DNA of 62,626 bases, counting the filler, from Klebsormidium nitens (Eukaryota; Plantae; Klebsormidiophyceae): assembly GCA_000708835.1 (NCBI GenBank). It is 8 parts of 8 records of this genome, joined end to end, with 100 filler letters (N's around TTAATTAATTAA, not from the genome) between each part and the next. Parts side by side here need not be neighbours in the genome. Positions count along the whole stretch, not along the records: positions 1 to 29,277 come from DF237796.1; 7 more parts are not named here. One strand, given 5' to 3'. The position numbers and the translations under genes are program-made. This document shows, piece by piece, positions 1 through 10,800 of the stretch. Under the pieces are notes generated by a model, which was not told where the DNA came from, searched no databases, and saw nothing but the letters and a program-made list of their open reading frames with translations. The number at the start of each line of letters is the position of its first letter. Position 1 is the first letter of the stretch.

Positions 1-58
1 GGTTATAGCAGTAGAGCCTGAAATTGCAGAAACTGAGAACCTGGAGGTATGTATAGAC

Positions 59-2577
59 ATGGAAAGCTTTCAAAAAGAGTTCGAGGTAGAACGAGAAGAA
101 GAGACGCCACAATGGGAACCTTGGAATGAAGAAGAACCATCTCAAAGGGGTTCAAACGAAGAGGGCCAGGAAAACAGGCTTGGAAGAAAGATTGCGGTAA
201 GCAGGCGGTCAAACTGGGGTATGAAGTACAGCGTGGTAGATATTCTCAAGGATCAGGAAGTCTTGAACTTCTTTCTGCAGAATGGCAGTTTGCCAGAAGA
301 AGCTCACAAAAGAAGAAGGGTCAGAGACAGAGCGAAAATGTACATGTGGGATGGGCAGTCGGTCAGAATGAGACCCAACGCCAAGTATCCAAGTGGTAGG
401 ATTGTTCCAGCTTACGAACGAAGAAAGGGATTGCTGGACTGGGGGCATAAGAGCACGAATCACATGGGAGCTTTAAAGCTGCAACAACTTATTCAAAAGA
501 GTAACTGGTGGCAGGGACTGAGGCGAGATTGTCAGAAAGTGTGCCATGAGTGTCCAGAATGTAAGCTGGCTGTGACGAACTTTTTCAAGGAACCTAAGAC
601 GGAATTGGAACCAGTGAAAGTCGAAAAGGGATTAGACAGATCCTGAGCAACAGACCTAACTTTTGGGTTCCCTAAGACAGCAAGGGGTAACCACGGGTTC
701 ATAGTGGCAATAGAAAGGCTGTCCAGATGGATCGAAGTTGAGCCGGTCTCAGATAAATCACCATCTACTGTGGCAAGGTTCATACTGAAGGAGATAATAG
801 CAAGGCACGGAGTTCCAAAAGTTATCTGCAGTGATCAAGGCAGGGAGTTCTTCACAGATGTTCAGGATTTGTTGAAGCGATACGGGATTGAGCACATAAC
901 AACCAGTGCTTTTCATCCTCAAGGAAACGGGTTAGCAGAAAGCTCTGTGAAGACTATGATAAACGGAATCAGGAAAAGGGCAGCAACAAGGCCAGATAGT
1001 TGGGACGATGAGGTGCCGTCAGTAGTGTTTGGGTATCGAGTTAGTATCCAGTCGAGTGTGGGGTATACTCCGTTTGAGCTTCTGTATGGTAGGGAGCCTG
1101 CGCTTCCTGAATCCTGTGGGAACTACGAATCAGATTCTCAGTGGTGGGGTTCTTGTACCGTACTACATTCACGGTGGGGTTCTTGTAAAGCGCGGTACAG
1201 TTTGCCCGGGGGACACCGGATCTGGGGCTGATCATCGGGCGGTGCCACGTATTTTGTACGGAAGTCTGCGGACCAATGAGAGAGGGGACTTGGTACCATC
1301 ACGTGGTCTGCTGATCAGATCTGCGGTACCGCCGGTCCGCAGATTGAAGCTGGCGGTACCCCGCAGCCACGGTACCTTCCGATAGGCTGCGGTACTACTT
1401 TTTAGTACCTCGGTAGGCTACAATTTTGAGTGAATGCTCTAGTAAAAATACTACCGGGAAGCCCAGCGCGGTAGGTACCTGGTTGGCTCTTGGGTAGAAC
1501 CTACCTATGTAGCCTACTACCTAGCTAGGCTGCGGCACTTGATCTACCTAGGCTAGGCTACCCTGGGCTCAACTATCGGGGGTAGCCTACCCCGGGCAGT
1601 CATACAAGCCTATGGTCACGGCGATGTGCGGCCGGTAGGTTCTTTGCCCCGGGCCTAAGAGCCTAGCCTACCTATCCTAGCTTACTGTTCACTGTCAGTG
1701 GTTTTGAAGGTACGGCTCGACGGTGACTCCAACTTTGAATTTCGCGACCCGTTGAAACTTACCGGGCGGTCGATCAGACCTAAGATTATAGTAAGCTAGA
1801 CCCCGGTGCGGCGGCGATTGAGTGCAGATCGAGTACCTCAGGATTTAACACAACGAGTCAAAATTGAGTGGCTCTGACGCTCTTCAGAAACTCCGGCGTT
1901 AAAAATAAAAAGTTGAAATGCCGACAGGCTGTACTTATGGTCTGATTTGCAGCTTCAGACCCAGTGTACCGGTCGGCACCGGTCCTACGCGGTACCCTCC
2001 AGAAGTTCCGAATATGTCGGGAGCTAGACTCCACGTGGTCTGGACGTGGGACTCATCGGACGGTGCAGGCTGCGGCCGCCGGCCGCTCGGATCCAGAAAA
2101 ATGGCCAAGTTCAACCGCGCTTTTTCACACTGAACTTGGCCGTGAATGTACGGTGTCTGCTTCCAGTAACGGATAATGAGGACTGGGATATTGAGGAGGC
2201 AACGGATCATCTGCTTAGAAAACTAGACACGCTCGACACAGTACATGAAAAGGCACTGAGGAATTTGGAGAAGGCTCAAACGAGGCAGAAGAAGGACTTC
2301 GACAATAGGCACCGAACGTTTGAGCATGCGACTGAGACAGACGAAGGGATCGAAGTGGGGGATTATGTGATAGCGAGGACGGCCAAACGTAGCAAGGTCC
2401 ATTCTCATGCTATCACGGGGGCTTTCAGAGTCGTGGGCATAAAGGCACGAAAGTTGGTCGAGGTCGAAGATAGAGTGGGGCATGTGTGTATCCATACCAT
2501 CTCAATAACGTGGAGCTTTTGCTGAAGAAAAGCCGGGTGGACGAGGACATGCTGGAACATGGGTTCCTAGGGAATTG
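59..2577 (+). pseudogene. Ty3/gypsy integrase (HHCC zinc domain, DDE core, C-terminal tail), disrupted
   Basis: H-x4-H...CHECPEC zinc motif; core motifs CSDQGREF and GNGLAESSVK. In-frame TGA at 644-646 where W is expected (DRS*ATDL). 7-bp insertion near 1110, 1017-bp insertion at 1139-2155, 2-bp frameshift near 2486. Purine tract AAGGGGGGAAGA at 2651-2662. Confidence 0.93.
1139..2155. mobile_element. Non-autonomous TIR DNA transposon (CACTA/EnSpm-like) inserted in the integrase
   Basis: Intact copies read AGAT-TCT-GCTTCC; here TCT is duplicated at 1136-1138 and 2156-2158 (3-bp TSD). The right end reverse-complements to CACCGTACATTCACGG; the left end has ACCGTAC(TAC)ATTCACGG and a shared subterminal AAAGCGCGGT. 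Confidence 0.8.
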
Positions 2578-2675
2578 AGAAGTAGGGAAGCAATTTGGAG
2601 CATAGGGTGAAAGGCCCGCAATTTTGTAGATATTGGGGACCAATAGTCTTAAGGGGGGAAGATTCACAGCTGTGG

Positions 2676-2804
2676 TGTAACGATTACGACTGGTTAAGCC
2701 TAACCTCGTTCTCGACAGGATTTCGTTGACCGCGAGTTAGCGAAACGGCGGTGGTTACGTCTTAACGACGCACTGCGTGGCTGTCTGCAAAATGGCGTAA
2801 TCAT
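2676..2804 (+). mobile_element. LTR start (family A, TGTAACGATTAC...), truncated by a gap
   Basis: Begins with TG and interrupts CACAGCTGTGG|CGCTC, which is continuous in the next two copies. Near-identical to the reverse complement of about 47862-47990. Confidence 0.8.
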
Positions 2805-2824
2805 NNNNNNNNNNNNNNNNNNNN

Positions 2825-3425
2825 AAAGACTATGATAAACGGAATCAGGAAAAGGGCAGCAACAAGGCCAGATAGTTGGGACGATGAGGTGCCGTCAGTA
2901 GTGTTTGGGTATCGAGTTAGTATCCAGTCGAGTGTGGGGTATACTCCGTTTGAGCTTCTGTATGGTAGGGAGCCTGCGCTTCCTGTGGGAACTACGAATC
3001 AGATTCTGCTTCCAGTAACGGATAATGAGGACTGGGATATTGAGGAGGCAACGGATCATCTGCTTAGAAAACTAGACACGCTCGACACAGTACATGAAAA
3101 GGCACTAAGGAATTTGGAGAAGGCTCAAACGAGGCAGAAGAAGGACTTCGACAATAGGCACCGAACGTTTGAGCATGCGACTGAGACAGACGAAGGGATC
3201 GAAGTGGGGGATTATGTGATAGTGAGGACGGCCAAACGTAGCAAGGTCCATTCTCATGCTATCACGGGGGCTTTCAGAGTCGTGGGCATAAAGGCACGAA
3301 AGTTGGTCGAGGTCGAAGATAGAGTGGGGCATGTGTATCCATACCATCTCAGTAACGTGGAGCTTTTGCTGAAGAAAAGCCAGGTGGACGAGGACATGCT
3401 GGAACAGGGGATCTTAGGGAATTGA
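2825..3425 (+). mobile_element. Gypsy integrase C-terminal fragment, copy 2 (open frame)
   Basis: Near-identical to 950-1138 plus 2156-2577 without the insertions; ORF 2832..3425. Confidence 0.9.
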
Positions 3426-3581
3426 GAAGTAGGAAAGCAATTTGGAGCATAGGGTGAAAAGCCCGCAAGTTTGTAAATATTGGGGACCAATAGTCTTAAG
3501 GGGGGGAGACTCACAGCTGTGGCGCTCAGGGATGATAGCATTCCAAGACATGCTATGGGATNNNNNNNNNNNNNNNNNNNN

Positions 3582-4287
3582 GAAGACTATGATATACGGA
3601 ATCAGGAAAAGGGCAGCAACAAGGCCAGATAGTTGGGACGATGAGGTGCCGTCAGTAGTGTTTGGGTATCGAGTTAGTATCCAATCGAGTGTGGGGTATA
3701 CTCCGTTTGAGCTTCTGTATGGTAGGGAGCCTGCGCTTCCTGTGGGAACTACGAATCAGATTCTGCTTCCAGTAACGGATAACGAGGACTGGGATATTGA
3801 GGAGGCAACGGATCATCTGCTTAGAAAACTAGACACGCTCGATACAGTACATGAAAAGGCACTGAGGAATTTGGAGAAGGCTCAAACGAGGCAGAAGAAG
3901 GACTTCGACAATAGGCACCGAACATTTGAGCATGCAATCGAGACAGACGAAGGGATCGAAGTGGGGGATTATGTGATAGTAAGGACGGCCCAACGTAGCA
4001 AGGTCCATTCTCATGCTATCACGGGGGCTTTCAAAGTCGTGGGCATAAAGGCACGAAAGTTGGTCGAGGTCGAAGACAGAGTGGGGCAAGTGTATCCATA
4101 CCATCTCAATAACGTGGAGCTTTTGCTGAAGAAAAGTCAGGTAGACGAGGATATGCTGGAGCAAGGGTTTCTAGGGAACTAAGAAGCTGGAAGAGAATTG
4201 CCACTTAGGGTGAAAGGCCCGCAAGTTTGTAGATATTGGAGACCAATAATCTTAAGGGGGGAAGATTCACAGCTGTGGCGCTCAAGC
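3582..4287 (+). mobile_element. Gypsy integrase C-terminal fragment, copy 3, with purine tract
   Basis: Same sequence with scattered substitutions; stop at 4180-4182; followed by AAGGGGGGAAGATTCACAGCTGTGGCGCTC. Confidence 0.9.
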
Positions 4288-7200
4288 NNNNNNNNNNNNN
4301 NNNNNNNNNNNNNNNNNNNNNNNNNNNNNNNNNNNNNNNNNNNNNNNNNNNNNNNNNNNNNNNNNNNNNNNNNNNNNNNNNNNNNNNNNNNNNNNNNNNN
4401 NNNNNNNNNNNNNNNNNNNNNNNNNNNNNNNNNNNNNNNNNNNNNNNNNNNNNNNNNNNNNNNNNNNNNNNNNNNNNNNNNNNNNNNNNNNNNNNNNNNN
4501 NNNNNNNNNNNNNNNNNNNNNNNNNNNNNNNNNNNNNNNNNNNNNNNNNNNNNNNNNNNNNNNNNNNNNNNNNNNNNNNNNNNNNNNNNNNNNNNNNNNN
4601 NNNNNNNNNNNNNNNNNNNNNNNNNNNNNNNNNNNNNNNNNNNNNNNNNNNNNNNNNNNNNNNNNNNNNNNNNNNNNNNNNNNNNNNNNNNNNNNNNNNN
4701 NNNNNNNNNNNNNNNNNNNNNNNNNNNNNNNNNNNNNNNNNNNNNNNNNNNNNNNNNNNNNNNNNNNNNNNNNNNNNNNNNNNNNNNNNNNNNNNNNNNN
4801 NNNNNNNNNNNNNNNNNNNNNNNNNNNNNNNNNNNNNNNNNNNNNNNNNNNNNNNNNNNNNNNNNNNNNNNNNNNNNNNNNNNNNNNNNNNNNNNNNNNN
4901 NNNNNNNNNNNNNNNNNNNNNNNNNNNNNNNNNNNNNNNNNNNNNNNNNNNNNNNNNNNNNNNNNNNNNNNNNNNNNNNNNNNNNNNNNNNNNNNNNNNN
5001 NNNNNNNNNNNNNNNNNNNNNNNNNNNNNNNNNNNNNNNNNNNNNNNNNNNNNNNNNNNNNNNNNNNNNNNCTCCTTATACCGTATATGCATCATTGGCC
5101 GCCGGAAAGTGAACTGAATACACGCCGCACGGTGCAATGAGTTCATTGGGCCCCCGGGAGGCGGTCGGACGGTTTTGGAGTTTGCAAGCCTTTTCACGTG
5201 ATGGATCACCGAGACATTGCTTTTGCAAACACCGGCCGTCCATTATCCTCCAATCACCTTCGTACCGTTCGATGCTCACTATATGCCGCGCGCGTGTAAG
5301 CAACTTCCTGGGTACGGTACCCGCTTCAAAGTCCGCAAACCGCTCAACACGCTACCGGTACCTACTGCCACTTGGACGTTACGGGCGAACCCGGGTCGGT
5401 CCCCGTGTCTGACATGGGGCGACCGCCCCCAAACAAAGTCACATTGATGCGTCGCTGTGCAAGGAACTTACCGAGGAGATCAGGAAGCTGCTCGGGCTAT
5501 CGTACCGGGTGTGTGTATGAGATGTACCAACGAACTCGCTCAAAGTGGGTACATTTGCATGGGGTCTCCTTTATTCTATTTGCAGGGTTCGTTTCGACTG
5601 TGGAATCCACCCGAATCTTCTGCCAAAAACAGTACCCAACTGTTCAGGAGGTGGAATCCCGTGCTCCTTCTCGACTGAGCGGAGAATCTTGGAACTACAG
5701 AAAATCGCAGCACGCGCCAAAACGTCTAAAGGTTCCCTCTGCAGAGCTTTCAAATTTCATGGTCTGTTATAGGTCATTCCGTCCTGCAATTGCCCCAACC
5801 TCGCACCTCAAAAGAGTCCGCGCCGAAGTTTATCCGGGGCGAAGTCGGTTTTCGCCAATCGAAATTCGGCAATATGAGTCAGGATTCACATGTGCGGGGA
5901 CAATCGGTGCACTGTACGGGCGACAGCTGTCACCGTGCCCCAAGTTCCGGGCCAATGCGCTGGTTCCAAAGTCCGAAAAGAACATTGCTCGAAATTCCGC
6001 GCAGGAATCAGCACCCCGAAATTCTCCGCTACCGCCAGCTGAGCTACCGCCAGCTAGTAGCGAAAAAATATTCCTTCCAACGAACCCCCTTCCTGCTGCT
6101 GTTCGCCACTCTTCTGGCCACTGCTGGCAGCTACAACTTACAAGGAGGGGAACGAAGTGAGAGGGAACGCAGGCTGTGAGCTGACTTTATTTGGACAAAA
6201 TTGTGAGAAATAATCCGGAGAACGAAACTGTCTGAAACTTTCGGGGGAGAGGACCTGGCGACACTTCCTCTGCGCGAAAGACATAGAAGTAAGGCCCTGC
6301 TCGGCCAGAGGCGTGCAACTTTCGGTGTGCAACTCTCAGAAGGGTTGCAGGCATGCTTCTTGGGCAGCTAAGGAGTCACAATTCAGCTCGCAGGGATGCA
6401 TTGGCATGCTTTAGGGGCACAAAACACAGGTCTCATCGCAGGTGAGTGACGCCCCAGACAGTGCCCCTAGAATAGTTTCATCTCTTTGATTTATAGACCA
6501 GAATTGTTGGGACAGTCCACTGTTCTGCTTGGGGCTATGAATTTAGTCTTAATGAGCTGCGTGTCCTTTAAAGCAGAGCATTAACCATTTTGCATTGATG
6601 GATGTCAGTTAAACCCTAGCTGCACTTGCATGGACCTTTCCTCACCTACTTCAAGAAGCCTGAAAGTATCCATGCCACCAAACTTGGTCATGAGCAAGCC
6701 TTTGCTGAGTGTTCCAGTCATGTATCACAGTGGACAATTGTACTCGAACAGGCTGCAGTAAGCCCTGGCTAATACACAATAGGTCCCCAGTACGGACTTT
6801 GTATTTCAGGCTTACAACTTCGAGTTGTATTGGGACTCACCTTGAGGGAGTTTGAAGCAATGGCTAATCTCATTGATAGCCTTCAGCAGTAATTGTTGCT
6901 CATTCCTTCCGGAAGAAAGGTTCTAATGTGAGATTGAATTGGCAGATTGTACATCAACGTCAAACGTTGCAAACAACGGACTCGCTTTGTCGATCGATGC
7001 ACCAATAAGCGCAGCTAGGAGTGACCTGAATCTACTGAGGATATTGCCCTTTTAACCCTCCCTTTTGTGCCACTTCGTTTTATGCTCTTCCTTGATCTTA
7101 TTGCAGTGGCGCCAAGCAAGACCCTGTGTTTCATTGTTCATTTGAAACTTACACCACTTATTGTGCCTTTTCTGTATACTGCTGTTCTCTATCTACACTT

Positions 7201-7837
7201 CAGAAGTTGTCTGCTGATCTTGAAGTATGTCGATCAGTTCCCCAATCCGTCCCACTCTTTCTGCTGGCGTCATTGGATTTGCAGGTTATTGAGAGAATGC
7301 ACACAGTTCCTGCTTGAAACCACGTCGATAAGCTGACATATGGCTATACTTGAATCTGGCCTGATCAACAGCTTGCATTGTGTCTTTGAGCACCCTTATG
7401 TGTTCTCTTTCAAAGAATCTGTTCTGCCTGAAAGGAATTTTTGCGTTAGCTGCCCCTCTTTGCTTCAAAAAGATCTTTCAAAGCCACCGAATGCACAACA
7501 AACTTCCTTGTTGATACGTGAGTACCATCTAGACTGACCGTCGCTAGTCACCGACTCATCTGATCTTCCTGAAATCAGCTGCCAATCCTTGGCTCCCTAG
7601 TTCCTCAAATGCACAGAGATTGAGAATGTGCCCTGAAATTCCATTCGTTCTTTGACTCTCTTTTGCACACCCGAGTCCATTTGACATAGACAAAGGAGAA
7701 TCAAAATCTACAGAATTCATCCTGATCATTGGCTCCACTAAATGCAGGTTGATCAGTATACAACCGCACACCAACCATCGAGCGGTTAAACATTAGCTGT
7801 TGCAACCAAGGGAAGCAGGGGCAATCGAACAACTAGG

Positions 7838-10800
7838 ATGGGCAACATCAAGATCCCGGGGGGCCTGACTGGTTACTACGTAGTGGACCGCCAGCGCTCG
7901 CTGCACGTCGACAACTTCCCCAAGAAAGTAACGCAAGCAAGCGTTCAGGAGCTGTTCGAGGAGTTGCTCCAGAGCAAAGGGGGAAACTTCCTCTCCCGCG
8001 CGGGGGGCACGCGCCGCACTTCCCTGGTGACATATGTCCTGCTGAGGTCGGAGGAGGACGGGAAGACGCACGCGTGGATCGAGTTTTCGACCGAGGCGCT
8101 TGCAGACCTGGCCCTGAACCTGTGCAAGCTGCACCCCGAGTCACTGAAAGTGGGACGCACGTGCCTGGCTGTCCAGCGTCCGAAAGGGTACGTGACAAAG
8201 GCCCCTGCCGCAACAGCCAACGGGGCAGTTTCCCTGGGGTCGCTGAACGCGTTGAACGCGAACGGGAGCCCGCCGCCGATGGATTCCCCGCCAATGGACC
8301 TCCCGAGTTTCGCGAACAACGTGCTCCAGCACAGCAGCCCCAACACCGTGGGGAATACGAACAACAAGGACTATGTGATCGATCGGAAGCGGGCGTTGTA
8401 CGCAGAAGGGGCGCCGTTCGACGCAACGGGCCAGGAGATCTGCAGGCTGTTTGAGGGGCTGCTGAAGGTGGGGGGTGTGGTGAAGACGGTGGGGCTCGTG
8501 ACGCACGTGATCTTTGCGCGGCGGTGCTGTGCCTGGGTGGAGTTTCTGAGTGAGGAGGTTGCAGACTACGCCCTTCAACAGGTAAGGAACTTTGTCTGGC
8601 TGTCTCGTTTCTGTTGTGGCTGATTGTCACCTTTGAACTTCGATTGTAGGTAACCTGTTTCTTGCCCTTGGGAAATCTAGGCCTCGTATAATTGCCACTT
8701 CAACGAACATCAACAGGGTCCAGATCCCCACTTGATTTGATTTTCAGCTGTTTTGACCAGATTTCGATGTGATGCTGGTGCTGTCAATATTGCCCCCTTC
8801 ATCTCGAAAGTGTAAGGCTGCTTCAATCCAATGGACTGACAGACACGAGGATTGAACACGAAATGCAAGAGAAGAAGGAAAAGCGCTCACTAATATCAGG
8901 CTACCTTCACTTTCTGAAAAGAACAGCATTGTATCAAAGCAGAGTACAGCGTTTCTTGGACTGGGGGCGGGGGTAAATTTAAGAACGGGGGATCGTAGTT
9001 TTTGCCCCTTCTGTTGGCAAGAAAACATGTACGCATCATTTCTAAAGCTCAAGTAAGAGAGGGAGCGTCTGGCAAGCGCAGGAGATTGTCTGCAATCATC
9101 CGATCGCGGAAATCTGTGTGGAAAAAGGTTTGAAGGGCGTGAAAAGAAGTAAGGAGTTTTTGTAACCTTGAGATTCCTATGTTTCGCAATCTTTGCTCTT
9201 TCTAGCTTGGAAACAAAGTTTTCAGCGTCTATGAGTTCGATCGACAATCACGGTTTTGAGAAGTGTTCTCGGATTGGAGCTGAGAGGTTCAAGGGGATGA
9301 CAGAAATTCCAAGATGCATCGGTCTTCTTTCGCAGTGCCACATAAACCCTGAGTCCCTTAAGCTTGGCAAGAGCGTTCCGAGCATCTGTTGCGAATACCG
9401 GTCTGTCTCTTTCTACCCCCGTTCCATACGTGTGACATCGGAGTTCAAAGTGTTGAGAAGGAACAGAACAGATCCCTTATTTTCTCGTGTTTCGCAGTGC
9501 CACATACACCCCGAGTCCCTCAAGATCGGCAAGAACGTCTTGAGCGTCCGGCGCGCGTACGAGGTCGTGCGGCTGCTGCGAGAGGAGCAGGAAAACGCGG
9601 TCATTCCGAAGGGTGTCTTCGACTGGGACTACAGCGTCGATCGGGGACGGGCTGTGGTCGCCAAGAACCTTCCGGACAACACGAGCGGGCCGGGAATCTA
9701 CCACCTGTTCCGGAACATCCTGCTGCACTCGGGAAAGGTCAGGCCTAGTGCTTTGGATATCTAGCTCGGGTGTTACGTCTCGTGGTTTGCTCTCCTGTCC
9801 TGTTTCCTCGTGATCACCTTATCCATTGGATGTATGACCTCGCTTGGACCAGTCTCCATCAGGCGAGAGAGGTCGGCACCATTGCTTTCGCTCTGGCGTT
9901 TGCATTCTGCTCCGTTTTAGTGATCCAGTCTTCTATTCAGTCTCCAGCCAAAGCTGTTCGCCATGGGGGAGCTTCCTGATACGTCTCTGTTCGCGTTCAA
10001 AACTTGTTCGAGTCCATTTTTTCTTCCATTTGATGTCCTTTCTACTCGATGTTTTGTCGGTTGGAGTTTCTCTGTGCTGCTGGCACATTCTCCTTTGGTC
10101 ACACCGTCAATCTTCAGTATTACTCCGAGCGAGCACTTGGTCAAATTAAGGGGTCGACAGTCAAGAACGTTGACAGTCGTTCTGTTTATTCTTCATTTTC
10201 CCTCAAAATTTGAGCAAAGATTTTGCAAGTTTTACAACTATCATTCGACTTGGGCCTAGTTTCTCTTTCCAGCGACGTTTCTGCTACGACTTATCTGAAA
10301 GCCGTACCTAGGCACCTCCTCCCTGAAGGCCATTGCGGTTTTGCGGACGACTGGTGTAATCAGCTTCAGGTTCAAGTGCCAGTTGGAAAAGTGACTTGGA
10401 CAAGTGTAATTCGGAAGAATGACAGTGTGTCCATCTTTTCCAGGTTGACACGTCCGCCGTCGAGCTGGTAACCCACGTGGTCTGGCAGCCCGGCAAGAGC
10501 TTTGAGCTCGTCGAGTTCGGCTCCAATGAACCTTTCTGTGCAGATTCGAATGTGCTCGCTTTTGCCCGTTCGCGGAAATCTGACTTTTCCATCTTATCCA
10601 TCTTTTCCAGGTCGACACGTCCGCCGTCGAGCTGGTGACCCACGTGATCTGGCAGACCGGCAAGAGCTTCGCGCTCGTCAAACTTGGCTCCAATTACCCT
10701 TCCCGGTCACATCTGCCCGTTCTTCGCTTCAGCGAAAACATGTAAACACCCTTCTGAGATCCAAATCTATTCATCTTTTCCAGGTCGACGCATCTGCCGT

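Noticed and set aside
4198-5209. Long ORFs of X residues (also 36424-37062, 40103-41774, 59740-60396)
   Set aside because: Artefacts of translating N gaps.
6400-7774. Short ORFs and splice-like signals on the minus strand
   Set aside because: Could not assemble a consistent frame.
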